Notes: generated from the sequence alone by a model not told the origin. A stretch of 62,505 nt of DNA, filler included, from Diploschistes diacapsis (GCA_023645945.1; 12 parts of 12 records of this genome joined end to end with filler, not necessarily neighbours in it), one strand, 5' to 3'; shown: positions 48,779 to 61,189, counted from the whole stretch's first letter. Program-made: numbers and translations.

Positions 48779-49474
48779 GTTAATAAAATTCTACGATATT
48801 AATGGATTTATTATTAAGGATAATTGGGATTAAGGATAAAAAATTTACGGAACATATATACATCTAGTATAAGAATTAATTTATTAGGATAGGAATCTCG
48901 TCCTTTAGTTCCTAATTTATTTAAAATAGCGATATAAACGTTAAAAATTAAAGATCTTACGGGCTACCCGTGAGCATTATGTTGTTGTTAAGATCACCGA
49001 CCGCTTCCGCCTTTTCGTCTAATTGATTAATAAAGTACTTTATTTATTTTATAAATTTCTTTTCGATTAGTTTAAAAGTTTTCCGTAGTTTCTTAATACG
49101 GGTCTCGTGTTTTATTAATTGAAAAAAAAGCTTTCGTTTTTTTTTCTTTTATTTTTAATTTAGATTCCGTCTGAACACGTATTTTATTTATAGCCTTTTA
49201 GGATATCGATACGTAGTTCTTCCGGTTAAGACGAGCGTATTTCTCGTAGCGAGAAGAAATGAACGGTATAATAATATAATTATAAGAAACTGAATAATAG
49301 AAATAAAGGAAATTAGCGATTTTGTTTAATCGAAGGATTCGGTCGGTAAATCTGTGGTTACGGGAAGTTAAAGAAGATATCGTTGTTTTACGATTTAGGA
49401 TTCTTTTTTGTTTAGTATTTATGTTAGACCTTTCGGCGAATTATCGGGCCGATAATGCTGAAGGAAAGGGATAA

Positions 49475-49913
49475 TATTACGGTCTAAGTATTAGACTTAG
49501 TACGTCCCAGTTTTCTTATATATAGACCAGCCGAGGTGACGCGGGTTACGTAATTGACAGATGCCTGTTAGTAGATGTTTGTTGAAATAGATCTGCTTAA
49601 ATAGTTTTCTATTAATAACAGCGCTGCCGCGATAGCTTCGCTGTCGGCGACTGGCTGTTGTTTTAGATTATATATAAACGTCGCCGTGATTTCTTTAAGT
49701 TCGGGTATGTTTATTTTTATAGACATCCTTAGTTATTACTCGGGATTAATTTATATTCGTTATTTTTATTATTAGAGAGCTTTCTTTTTAGAAATAATTT
49801 AAGATCTATAATTGTTCTACCTTCTTTTCCTGCTTGCACTCCTCTTCTAAACGAGACCAAATCCACCTTAATCAATACCTCGTGTCTACATTGTAGAGAT
49901 AGAGATCATAACA
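49475..49913 (+). mobile_element. LTR (family A), probably a 3' LTR
   Basis: TATTACGGTCTAAG (RIP of TGTTACGATCCAAG)...GATCATAACA, aligns with 53209-53635; preceded by a polypurine tract GAAGGAAAGGGATAA. Confidence 0.78.
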
Positions 49914-50075
49914 CGCGTTAAGCTAAGTTATTAAAGATTAATAATGATAGATTACTTACGACAGATTTTCGAGAATTTATAACAATTATAAATGTCTTAA
50001 AAGATCAATACGAACAATATCCAGTAACACGACGGAAGCTATAGATTCTTACGGAAAAGATATGGGACTATATAC

Positions 50076-50408
50076 TATAAACACAAGGCGCGCTGTCTAG
50101 GGAGACTTCCCTTGCTGTAGTAGGTAGGTAGTCGCAGGTGGTGTAGTAGGGGAATGTAGTGTGATCTGGTAGTCAACAGCATACCTAGGTAGGACATTTG
50201 TGAAATGTAGGATGCATTGATTGTCTAGAACTACCTAACAGACCTTTTTATGTGGAGCTGTTCTGAAGAACTCGCCCCTTACCAGATTTATAATCTACTT
50301 TTTATATTTATATACGACCCTTCCCTCAATAATTCGCTATTTTATAACGAATTTTATATAAGTTTTATTAATAAAAAACTTAAATCCCGTTATTTTCCTA
50401 TCCTAACG
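50076..50408 (+). repeat. Dispersed repeat, unclassified transposon end; second copy at 60113-60445
   Basis: Both copies begin sharply at TATAAACACAAGGCGCGCTGTCTAGGGAGACTTCCC and stay alignable for >300 bp with mostly transition differences. Confidence 0.75.
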
Positions 50409-50508
50409 NNNNNNNNNNNNNNNNNNNNNNNNNNNNNNNNNNNNNNNNNNNNTTAATTAATTAANNNNNNNNNNNNNNNNNNNNNNNNNNNNNNNNNNNN
50501 NNNNNNNN
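50409..50508. other. Artificial contig linker
   Basis: N44-TTAATTAATTAA-N44. Confidence 0.97.
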
Positions 50509-51488
50509 ATATGACTAAGAAAGTCATAGGATAGGAAATTATAAAAAACGTGACCTCTATAGATAAAAAAACGATCTTAACATTTAGAAATATTAAACTA
50601 GATGATCTAATTTTGAATAATAACAACTCCCGTTTCAGTAAGGGTGTAAAACTTGCAATAAATATGGAAAATAAAGGAAATATAGATTTAATTAAATTAC
50701 ACGATGTCGACTTAACGGAAGTCGGGTAAGCGCCTTTATTGATTTAGATTAATAAAAACATCTAAGGTTAATAAATATAGAAATTATGTATCAAACTTAA
50801 TATCAATTATCGCGCTTAATTATAAAGCCGCCTACATCCGTCTTTAGTATAGATATCCTAACTCTAAGATTTATAATATAAAACTTATGGATATACAATC
50901 CGCTAACGTTATCTTCTTTATCGACCGCGTGATAGATGGCGTCGTCTTACTAATTAACTTAATAGATGATTACGATTCCGAAAAAACGTTTATTATATTA
51001 CTTATTATAGACCGAATTAGCGGTCTTAATCGTATAAAGACTATATATCGGCCATCTATGATTATAATGCCTATAACAATCCTTATGATTTAATTATAAC
51101 AAATCAAGCAACACTTCCTATAAAATCATTTTATTATATACCGTTATTATTAGAACTTAAAGTCACCGTTAGATAATTAATACGGTATATAAGGTATTAA
51201 TTCGCGCGAGACCCTATTTAAAACTACTAAAACCCTTAATCCTAAAGACTCTTAAACTTCACGCACTATCTTTATCACAAGCTATCATACCAATAATGCC
51301 CGCTAAGGACCCCCGGAGCTTGATTTTAAATTCTTACTGCTCGTTACCGACGAAGCCATTTAGATTAAGAACACGCGTACCTAAACCAGCCAAAATTTAC
51401 AAAAAATCTAAACCGAATATATCATATATAATTCCGCCACGCTAATCTTTAATACTATTAAGGATATTTTAGGGTTCCTTATTCTACT

Positions 51489-52063
51489 TAGGCTGGCCAT
51501 CACGGACACTGACACGGACACTGACAGTGTCAGTGTCCGTGTTTTAGATTTTTTAGTTACAGTGTCCGTGTCCGTGGATTCACGGAAATACAGTATCCGT
51601 ATCAATATCAATATTTTAAAAATTTTAATTATAGTGTCCGTGTCCGTGCTTTTATTATAGTATAGTATTCGTATCAGTATCCGTACCGAAAATTTTTTTA
51701 TTATAATATCCGTATCCGTGCATTTATCGAAACATTTTAAAATATTTTTTTAATTTTAATAATTCTAGATTTATCACGTTTATTTCTTACGCTTTTATTT
51801 TTCTAAAAAAATTTCACCGCGGTATTTTGATGAATTTATCGTAGTATTTTCGTAGATTTACGAAAATATAATGTCCGTATTAATATTAATGTTTTAAAAA
51901 TTTTAATTATAATGTCCGTGTGCGTGCTTTTATTGTAATGTAATATCCGCATTAATATCCGTGTTTAAAATTTTTAGCTGTAGTGTCCGTGTTAGTGTCC
52001 GTGTTTTAAAATTTTTTGTTGTAGTGTCCGTGTCAGTGACCGTGGCACGAAACGGCCAGCCTA
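51489..52063 (+). mobile_element. Complete copy of the GTGTCCGT-array TIR element (~575 bp)
   Basis: TAGGCTGGCCAT...ACGAAACGGCCAGCCTA with subterminal ACGGACAC/GTGTCCGT repeats; flanks (ATTCTACT / ATTAGTTC) do not form a clean TSD. Confidence 0.82.
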
Positions 52064-52138
52064 ATTAGTTCTTTATTAATATTAAATCCTTCGAAGGTTT
52101 TTAACGTTGATAATTATTATAACGCGAGATATTTTATG

Positions 52139-52238
52139 NNNNNNNNNNNNNNNNNNNNNNNNNNNNNNNNNNNNNNNNNNNNTTAATTAATTAANNNNNN
52201 NNNNNNNNNNNNNNNNNNNNNNNNNNNNNNNNNNNNNN
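52139..52238. other. Artificial contig linker
   Basis: N44-TTAATTAATTAA-N44. Confidence 0.97.
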
Positions 52239-53208
52239 TTTACTTTGAAGTTTTGTTTAATTCTATCGTCTCGTCTAGTTTTAAAATTTCACCGGGCTCT
52301 AACATATCAATCACCTTTAATCGCATATATTAATCAAGCATTAAAAAACTTCAACTTATATTGATCATATTTAGAAAAAATACAGTATATCTAGATCCAC
52401 CACCCCCGAAGATCGCAGGAAATCGACGTACTAAAAACTGTCGATTAACCCACGATACCTAAATATATTAACTAGTATAGCAATAGAGACAATACCAAAA
52501 GACAGAAAATTAATAAAACTACCGGAACCCCTGGCAAACCTATAGCAATACACGATTCCAATTGTAATAAAGGATAATAAAAGTTTTAATACGATTAGTA
52601 GATTTATGGGATATGTGAAACAACAGCTCGAGGAGGAACAGTACGCCTTGTTCTGTAAAATAAAAAAAAAGATAACAGTAGTTATTACATTAGCTATAGA
52701 TTACCTAAAGATTATAATAATAAAATAAAAGAGAAACAAATATACAAAACGGTAGGAATATCGGAAAAGAATTATAAAGAAAAATGGTCTATTATAAAAA
52801 CGTTAATACAAACCTTCCGACAGAAATTGATACGAGCTAGTTATGTTATTAAACGAATAAACGTTTAATGGGGTTAAGCCTTTATTATTTCTGTATATCT
52901 TAATAATATATACGGCACTATAAAGTCATATATAAAGGTAATAAATATATTTATTATTATCGTTAACGGACATTTCGATCTAACGCGTAATCTATTAATA
53001 TAATCCATAACCAAGAAATTATATAACAGTGCCGTTAGAGTACATAAATCAAAAATCTTAATAGTTGCAGACATCTCTAAGATAACCTAGTAAGTAAGAG
53101 AGATTTTAAAATCTAAAAGAAAAAGAGAAGCCTTAATAATTAAATAAGCGAATCTAGTTAATAAGAAGGTAAAAGTAGATGCCATTAACTTTAAAGCTGC
53201 TGACCTAG

Positions 53209-53635
53209 TGTTACGATCCAAGTACCAGACTTGGCACGTCCCAGCTTTCTTGTATATAGGCCAGCCGGGGTGACGCGGGTCACGTGACTGATAGATGCCT
53301 GGTGATAGATGTCTGTTGGGATAGATCTGCTCGGATAGCTTTCTGTTAATAACAGCGCTGTCGCGATAGTTTTGCTGTCGGCGATTGGCTGTTATTTTGG
53401 ATTATATATGAACGTCGTTATAGCTCCTGTAAATCCTGATATATTTATTTTTATAGATATTTTTAATTATTGCTCGGGATTAATCTATATTCGTTATTTT
53501 TATTATTAGAACTTTCTTTTTAGAGACAGTTTAAGATTTATAATTTTTTTCTTGTTTGCATTTCTTTTTTAAACGAGATTAAATTTATTTTAATTAATAC
53601 TTCGTGTCTATATTATAGAAATAGAGATTATAACA
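53209..53635 (+). mobile_element. Solo LTR (family A) with RIP-altered 5-bp TSD
   Basis: TGTTACGATCC...TATAACA (TG..CA), flanked by CCTAG and CTTAA, which differ only by C>T and G>A. Confidence 0.85.
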
Positions 53636-53867
53636 CTTAAACATTCTTAAAAATAAATATTTTAAATAATATAACCGAGAAATCGTCTTCAGGGGTTAAA
53701 TTTATATTATTTTAAATAATAAAACGAGTAACGACGCTATTAATTAAAAACGACGTATTTATAACGGATATTACGGAAATTAAAAGAAACGATCCCGGAA
53801 ATAATATTAAAGTCGATAAAAATACAATTTTAAAAAGATTTATTATTAAAAATTTTAAGTCAGATAA

Positions 53868-53967
53868 NNNNNNNNNNNNNNNNNNNNNNNNNNNNNNNNN
53901 NNNNNNNNNNNTTAATTAATTAANNNNNNNNNNNNNNNNNNNNNNNNNNNNNNNNNNNNNNNNNNNN
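53868..53967. other. Artificial contig linker
   Basis: N44-TTAATTAATTAA-N44. Confidence 0.97.
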
Positions 53968-54520
53968 TCTATATTCTAATTAACGTAATATCGTAAATAT
54001 TATTCGAAAGTTTAATTCATTCTTTCTATTTGACCGTCTGTTTGTGAATAATAAGCGTTTGAATGCTTCAACTTCGTGCCGAACGCTTCTATCATAGTTT
54101 TCTAATATTCTAAAATAAAGAATTTATTTTTATCGTTAATGATTTCTTCTAGATATCTATGAATTCTTACAACTCGATCTATCTATATATGATATAACTG
54201 TTTTACGTTGTAATCTTCTCTAAAAGATATATAATAAGATTTATTATTAAATTTATCCATTATAACCCAAATGCTGTCATATAGAATGTTTATTACTAAA
54301 TTTTTAGATGTTAATAATTTGACTATAAAGTCCATCGTAATTATCTTTTATGATTAATTTGGTTTTTTAATTGTTTATAGAATCCCGTATCTTTTATACG
54401 TAGAATATTTATTCTTTTAATAGCTCTCGTATTGTTTAATAAAATTCGTAATTTATTACTTCATTCTTTCGAAATAATAGTTTCGTTAAATGGTTTTAAT
54501 AATATTCGTAATATCTTTAT
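53968..54520 (-). pseudogene. RIP-degraded Ty3/gypsy integrase core
   Basis: Minus-strand ITMDFIVKL...YDSIWVIMDK...SNAYYSQTDGQIERMN*TFE*YLRYYVN. Confidence 0.88.
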
Positions 54521-54522
54521 AT

Positions 54523-54977
54523 TATTACGATCCAAGTACCAGACTTGGCACGTCCCAGCTTTATATATAGATCAGTCACGGGACCAGGGGTCACGTGATG
54601 CGCTCACTGCTCGCGTTTATTCTCGTAAACGGCGAATAAGCTTTCGTTACCGCTCGATGATCGCGTTTATTTTCATAAACGACGAACCTCGAAAATACCG
54701 CTCGTTAAATTTATAATAAACGACGAACGAGCCGATTATATATAAACACGATTTTATCTTCGTAAAAAAAAACGTGTTTATTTTTATAAATATCCCTAAT
54801 TATTATTCCGAATCAATTTATATTCGTTATTTTTATTATTAAAAAGCTTTCTTTTTAAAAATAATTTAAGATTTATAACTATTTTATCTTCTTTTCCTAC
54901 CACATTCCTCTTCTAACAGAAACTAAACCCACCTTGATCTTACTCGTGTATACCTTATATAAATAGAGATCATAACA
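54523..54977 (+). mobile_element. LTR (family A variant with different middle segment)
   Basis: TATTACGATCCAAGTACCAGACTTGGCACGTCCCAG...GATCATAACA; followed directly by an inverted copy of the LTR tip (54978-54995). Confidence 0.8.
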
Positions 54978-55094
54978 GTTACTTGGATCGTAACATATTA
55001 TTAACGTAATATTTATCGACCGAGAACGCCTAACGCTACGTTAGGTTTAACAATTTTTATTAATTTTAGAGCTAATTATCAGACGAAACGAACT

Positions 55095-55360
55095 ATCGGG
55101 AATGAACGAACTCAAGCTTTATAATATTTGGACGGTAACGTGATTTATAATAAAGATAAGGAGCTTAATTCTTTTAAATGGTGGTGTATTAACGAATAAA
55201 TATTTCCGGAGCTGGCGCGAATAGCGCGTGATGTCCTAGCGGTTTTAATCTCGGAAGTTAGCGTTGAGAAGATATTTAATCGCGGTCGGGATCTTATTAT
55301 ATATCGACGATTTTATTTATATAATCTAGCTATTCGTAAGAATCTCGTTATCGAATATTA
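55095..55360 (+). pseudogene. RIP-degraded hAT transposase C-terminal dimerisation domain
   Basis: FKWWCINE*IFPELARIARDVLAVLISEVSVEKIFNRGRDLIIYRR (cf. WW..FP.L...ARD.LA.P.S...ER.F). Confidence 0.85.
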
Positions 55361-55596
55361 TTTACGGTAATCCGACGATTTTAATATCACGAATCGACGA
55401 AGGCGTTATTTATTTTAAGATTTCAATTCTATGCGCGAGAAAGAAAAAAAAGAAAAATATATTAAAACGACCGACGATCTAAAATTTAAAAAAGAATTTA
55501 TTAACGGGATTAATCTTGCCGAGATATTATAGGAAATGGACTTAAATCTTATATAAAGTAATATACTTTCTTTTTTAATTTATGATTCGATAATCG

Positions 55597-55696
55597 NNNN
55601 NNNNNNNNNNNNNNNNNNNNNNNNNNNNNNNNNNNNNNNNTTAATTAATTAANNNNNNNNNNNNNNNNNNNNNNNNNNNNNNNNNNNNNNNNNNNN
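55597..55696. other. Artificial contig linker
   Basis: N44-TTAATTAATTAA-N44. Confidence 0.97.
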
Positions 55697-56693
55697 TAAT
55701 AGATGGACACGGTTTTTAATAACTTATGCGTATTTTTGAACCTTTAATCAAACCGAATAGACCCGAAACGCGTCGTTTATTAATTATGGACGATTATAAT
55801 AGCCATATTACCGTCAATATTATTCGCTTTTATATATCTAATCGAATCGATTTAATAATATTATTATCGTATAGTTCTTATCTTCTTTAACCATTCGATG
55901 TCGCAGTGTTTTCGCCGTTAAAAAGCGCGTTGACGTAAGAGACGGATTATATTACTCGATTAAATAAATCGCGTATGACACGCTCGGAATAAATCGAATT
56001 GTTTTTAATAACTCGGAATCGAGCTGTTACGAGTCGAAACGCTTAGGCAGGTTTTGCAGATGCTGGATTATAATCTATTAATCTTATAACCGTGTTTGAT
56101 AAACTTTATTCGATTTACCGGACCCCTTCACTTCTACTTTATAGTCCTTTTTTAACCTCGAATCAATTTAATTTGGATTTATCCTTATTATATAACTCTT
56201 TACTAAATATGACCGAACTACGAAAGGTTAATAAAAAGTTTAATTAGGCGTTACGAGCCATTTTAGAACTAATTAATTCGATTCGACGTTATTCGAGTCG
56301 AGTAACCCGTATGTTTGAATCGACGTATATTAAGCTTATAACGCTTCGTAAAGAAAACCGAGAGCAAAGAACGCTTCTTAATAATCGTAAAAAACGTAAA
56401 TTAAGTAAACGAATCGAATTAAAAGATCGTTTTATGTTTAGTATAGACGAAGTTCTTAAAATAGCAGTTCGGGTTAAATCGAATCGGATAGTTTTAAAAC
56501 GATTTATAACGCGTAAAAAACGTCGTCGCATTTTTGAAATCGAAAAGGATGAAGAGGAAGAAAATAGATTCGATTTAGATCGATTAGATTCTGATTGCGA
56601 CGAATAGGTTGTATCTAAAAACCGTAGAATGTTGGCGGTAGTGATTTGAGGTAGCCGGACTCTGGGGGTGGCCGGACTTACCGTCAAACACGT
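55697..56693 (+). mobile_element. RIP-degraded Fot1/pogo transposon, DDE domain to right TIR
   Basis: RRLLIMDDYNSHIT...LL*PFDVAVFSPLK (cf. LLIMDGHGSH, QPLDV); right TIR ...GGGGGTGGCCGGACTTACCGTCAAACACGT + TA. Confidence 0.88.
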
Positions 56694-56695
56694 TA

Positions 56696-56870
56696 TAATA
56701 AACTTTATTTCTTATTATATAAACGATTTATTAATATTCTTTAATAATAAAAAGATTTATCGGGAATATATACGACAAATATTATAACCTTTTTAAAAAA
56801 TAAATTTAAACGTAAATATCTTTAAGATCGAGTTCGATACTATCGAGATTAAATATCTCGATCTAATTAT
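56696..56870 (+). pseudogene. RIP-degraded Ty3/gypsy reverse transcriptase fragment
   Basis: YYINDLLIF...YREYIRQIL...KIEFDTIEIKYLDLII (cf. YxDDLLIF...H.EHVR.VL...K.EF...VKYLG.II). Confidence 0.75.
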
Positions 56871-57324
56871 TAGGCTGGCCGTCACTGACACGGACACGGC
56901 CGTGTCAGTGTCCGTATTTTAGATTTTTTAGCTGTAGTGTCCGTGTCCGTGGATTCACGGAAGTACAGTGTCCGTATTAGTGTTAATGTTTTAAAATTTT
57001 TAATTGTAATGTCCGTGTCCGTGTTTTCATTATAGTGCAGTGTCCGTGTTAATATTCGTGTTAAAAAATTTTTTACTATAATATCCGTGTCCGTGTATTC
57101 ACTGAAACATTTTAAAATATTTTTTTAATTTTAATAATTCCAGAATTATTACGCCTATTTATTACGTTTTTATTTTTTTAAAAAAATTTCACCGCGGTGT
57201 TTCGATGGATTTACGGAAATGCAGTGTCCGTGTTAATATTAATGTTTTAAAATTTTAACTATCGTGTCCGTGTTAGTGTCCGTGTTAGTGTCCGTGTTTT
57301 GAAAATTTTTGCTGTAGTGTCCGT
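56871..57324 (+). mobile_element. GTGTCCGT-array TIR element, left part (cut by contig end)
   Basis: TAGGCTGGCCGTCACTGACACGGACACGG... plus the same internal units as 51489-52063. Confidence 0.82.
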
Positions 57325-57424
57325 NNNNNNNNNNNNNNNNNNNNNNNNNNNNNNNNNNNNNNNNNNNNTTAATTAATTAANNNNNNNNNNNNNNNNNNNN
57401 NNNNNNNNNNNNNNNNNNNNNNNN
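57325..57424. other. Artificial contig linker
   Basis: N44-TTAATTAATTAA-N44. Confidence 0.97.
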
Positions 57425-57718
57425 GTTCGTATTAATAGATTTACGGAAATATAATATCCGTGTTAATATCCGTGTTTTAAATTTTTTAATTGCGGTGTCC
57501 GTATTCATGAATTTACGGAAATATAATATCCGTGTTAATATCTATGTTTTAAATTTTTTAATTACGGTATCCGTGTTCGTGGATTTACGGAAATATAGTG
57601 TCCGTGTTAGTATTAATATTTTAAATTTTTAACGATAATATCCGTGTTAGTGTCCGTGTTTTGAAAATTTTTGCTGTAGTGTCCGTGTCAGTGACCGTGG
57701 CACGAAACGGCCAGCCTA
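57425..57718 (+). mobile_element. GTGTCCGT-array TIR element, right part with expanded ~66-bp tandem units
   Basis: Three or more consecutive GATTTACGGAAATATA..TCCGTGTTAATAT units ending GGCACGAAACGGCCAGCCTA. Confidence 0.82.
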
Positions 57719-58575
57719 TATTTACTTACTGAAAACCGTCAATCGACAGTACATAAAAGAGATTAATAAGATTATAAAAATCGCATTTCGTATTAATAAT
57801 GTCGAGACATAATACAATAATCTAATACTCACTTTAAACAAATTCAAATAAAGCATTATTAAGTCTTAAGTCCTTACGATTTAGGATTCACGATATATAT
57901 ATTAATAAAACCCTTTAGAATGCTTATCAAACGTTAAAGATTTAGCGATATATATCGGCATCTTCTATAACGAGAAAGTATAAATATTAATAAGTTAACT
58001 TACCAGTATTTAAATGTACCGCTACGGCGGGATATCAAATTGTTAAAAAATAATAACGTTAATTGATTGAATCTTATAAATTTAATTCGCGGAACGAAAG
58101 ATATATAAATAAAAATTTAAAAACCACAATGTAAATCAAATCGTAGCCAACAACAATCCTTCCGCCGTCAGTTAATGCAGCCATTAAATCTATAAAATAA
58201 ACCATATCGACCGCTACAATCGTTTAACCTAAATCAATATGATAAATCGAATCAACGACTTCTAAATTCTATTTAATCATTATCTTCTTCGACCTTCTTT
58301 TCCTCCTACAATCTATATTATAATAAAAATATTATTAGAAACATAAGATATAACTATCGTCCGCCGATTCTTTTTCGTTCTTTCCCTTCTTAATCTCAAT
58401 CTTTTTATTATAACCTACCAAGTTACAATTCCTTTTATAACTTTTAGAGCCGAGCTAATTATGATTCGATATCGCAGCCATTAATTATACAAATATCCGC
58501 AAAAACCTTACCCAATAAACGACAACAACTAAACATAACCGTCCCGAACGCCGCATAGCCAAACAATAAATACGA
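57719..58575 (+). pseudogene. Probable RIP-degraded gypsy gag
   Basis: First ~55 bp match 61380-61430 (gag-like YLLKTVNR.YI); Q/P-rich downstream; heavily degraded. Confidence 0.5.
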
Positions 58576-58577
58576 TA

Positions 58578-59052
58578 ACGTGTTTGACGGGGATTCCGGC
58601 CACCCTCAGATTCCGGCCCCTCAAATCACTACCGCCAACATTCTACGGTTTTTAGATATAACCTGTTCGTCGCAATCAGAATCTAATCGATCTAAATAAA
58701 CTCTATTTTCCTTCTCTTTATCCTTCTCGATTTTAAAAACGCGACGATCTTTTTTACGCGTTATAAATCGTTTCGAAACTATCCGATTCGATTTAACCCG
58801 AATTATTATTTTAAAAACTTCGTTTATATTAAATATAAATCGATCTTTTAATTCGATTCGTTTATTTAATTTACGTTTCTTACGATTATTAAGAAACGTT
58901 TTTTATTCTCGATTTTCTTTGCGAAACGTTATAAACTTAATATACGTCGATTTAAATATACGGGTTATTAGATTCGAATAACGTCGAATTAAGTCAATTA
59001 GTTCTAAAATGGCTCGCAACGTTTGATTAAACTTTTTATTAACCTTTCGTAG
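58578..59052 (-). mobile_element. Second copy of the pogo right end (reverse orientation)
   Basis: TA + ACGTGTTTGACGG...; reverse complement aligns to ~56220-56693. Confidence 0.88.
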
Positions 59053-59152
59053 NNNNNNNNNNNNNNNNNNNNNNNNNNNNNNNNNNNNNNNNNNNNTTAA
59101 TTAATTAANNNNNNNNNNNNNNNNNNNNNNNNNNNNNNNNNNNNNNNNNNNN
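59053..59152. other. Artificial contig linker
   Basis: N44-TTAATTAATTAA-N44. Confidence 0.97.
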
Positions 59153-60112
59153 ATATTTCTTTAATCTTATTAACAGGCGATTACATAACGAAACGTATCT
59201 TAATTTTATCGTTAAAAAAATATTTATATAATATAATAAATATATTTTTCATATTTGTTATTTAACGATTATATTCCTAAACACTTTTTTTTATAAAAGG
59301 ATAATAACTTATCGGATTTAATGTCGCGATAACGATATATAGTATCTAAATGATTTTAACTTATTTATTGTTTGTGCATCATTTTGATTATTAATGCTAT
59401 TTTAATAACAATTCTTTTTATTTTTTCGACGAAGGCTGTAGTAGCGGCTATGGCTACTAGCTGTTGCCACTGCCACTGCTACTGCTATTGCCACTGCTAC
59501 AAAGGGGGTGTCGCTTGCACTTGCACTTGCCGGTGTCGTTAGTGACGTCATAGTGGATGCCACTGGGTATCCACCCACTTTATAGCTATAAAGGGCTCTA
59601 TACCCACCTAACTATTTACAATCCATCTTCTATATACACTACAATTTGACTATAAAGTGACAATTTAATAATAACGATTGTTCGATCAATTCTTAAAGCG
59701 TCTTTAGAGCTCCAATAACAAGTTTTTTTGTCTACACTAGTCCTCTCTTGCGGACTAGAGTTCATATCGAAGCTTAACTTTATGAAACTTCCCCCTCCCT
59801 TTCATCTGTAGTTACTAGAGCTTGCTTTATACACTACTTTATCCTCCTTTCCTTTCTCTAATCAGTCGACAATCAATCTTTAACTAAATGTATCGACCTG
59901 GTCCCTGGGTCCTTCTTCTATTAGTCTAAAACTAGTTCCACGATATCAATTATCACCTAGGGTCTACGAAAACACTTTGATTAAGATTTCCTAGATTTGC
60001 TTCACCTGGAAGCAGAAAGCATCGAGAACAAATTTGCTCACAACTTATATTAAACCTTGTCTAAAGAGTAGCTTTCTAAATTAGTTATCTCAGAAAGAAG
60101 TATCTATATTAG

Positions 60113-60445
60113 TATAAACACAAGGCGCGCTGTCTAGGGAGACTTCCCTTGCTGTAGTAGGTAGATAGTCGTAGGTGGTGTAGTAAGGGAATGTAGTATG
60201 ATTTCGTAGTCAACGGTATACCTAGGTAGGACATTCATGAGATATAGGATGCATTTTTTATCTAGAGCTACCTAACAGGCCTCCTTAAATGGAACTGCCC
60301 TATAAGGACCACTTCCATCAAGTCTGCGGCCTACTTTTATGTTTATATACGATCTTTTTTTTTAATAATTCGCTGTCCTATAACGAACTCTATACAAGTC
60401 TTATTAATAAGAAATCTCCGTCCCGTTATCTTTGTATTTTAATGT
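60113..60445 (+). repeat. Second copy of the dispersed repeat at 50076-50408
   Basis: Same sharp left boundary and alignable sequence. Confidence 0.75.
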
Positions 60446-60779
60446 AATCCTATACCTTTCCGGTACCCGAAATATCTAGAAGTTTATTATCTTTAATATT
60501 CTTTTCTCGACGTAGTCGTGCTTCTGGACCTATCTTCTTGTATTTTATTTTCTTAAATATAGTTAGACAGAAAAGCGGTATTTATTTAAAGATATTTTTA
60601 TTTCTGATCGTATTTATATCATCCGTAAATGTTCCGCCCGACAGGTATAGTTAGTAATACGGCCTATAGCCTTCTTTTTCTTCCTTCCTTTTCCTTCTTC
60701 TCGTCACGATTAGCAAGAAATTAATTATAAATAAGTAAGTAGAATGGTAGGTAAGTAAGTAAATCATATAAAAAAATAA

Positions 60780-60879
60780 NNNNNNNNNNNNNNNNNNNNN
60801 NNNNNNNNNNNNNNNNNNNNNNNTTAATTAATTAANNNNNNNNNNNNNNNNNNNNNNNNNNNNNNNNNNNNNNNNNNNN
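60780..60879. other. Artificial contig linker
   Basis: N44-TTAATTAATTAA-N44. Confidence 0.97.
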
Positions 60880-61189
60880 GATCTTTTTTAATTCAATAAC
60901 CTTTATAGTTTCGATATACATCTCCGGATCAACCGAAAGAGCTTTTATTCATCCCGTTTTTAACGATTATTAAAATTATAATTATATTCGATAAATAATT
61001 ATCGAAAATACTTATAATCGAAGAATCTTAGAGCATAATGTCAGTTTAAAGAAACGACATCTTACGGTCGTTAAAAGAATACATAAAAAAAACCTTTTAA
61101 AAAGAGATAGATAATCAATTAGATAGTTACGAGCGTCGAAAAATTCAAGGATTATAAAACTTATTAAAAGATCTTCTCGAAGACGATCT

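Noticed and set aside
45618..57718. GTGTCCGT repeats with AT-rich spacers resembling a CRISPR array
   Set aside because: The spacers are themselves repeated, the units are bounded by TIRs, the host is a eukaryote, and no cas genes are present.
56871..57718. Apparent single element spanning the linker at 57325-57424
   Set aside because: The halves are on different contigs joined artificially. They may or may not be the same copy, and the flanks give no matching TSD.
22625..60879. TTAATTAATTAA motif in N-runs recurring every ~1.73 kb
   Set aside because: Artificial six-frame-stop spacer of exactly 100 bp. The periodicity reflects size-sorted contigs (1630, 1630, 1630, 1630, 1629, 1629, 1628, 1628, 1627 bp), not biology.
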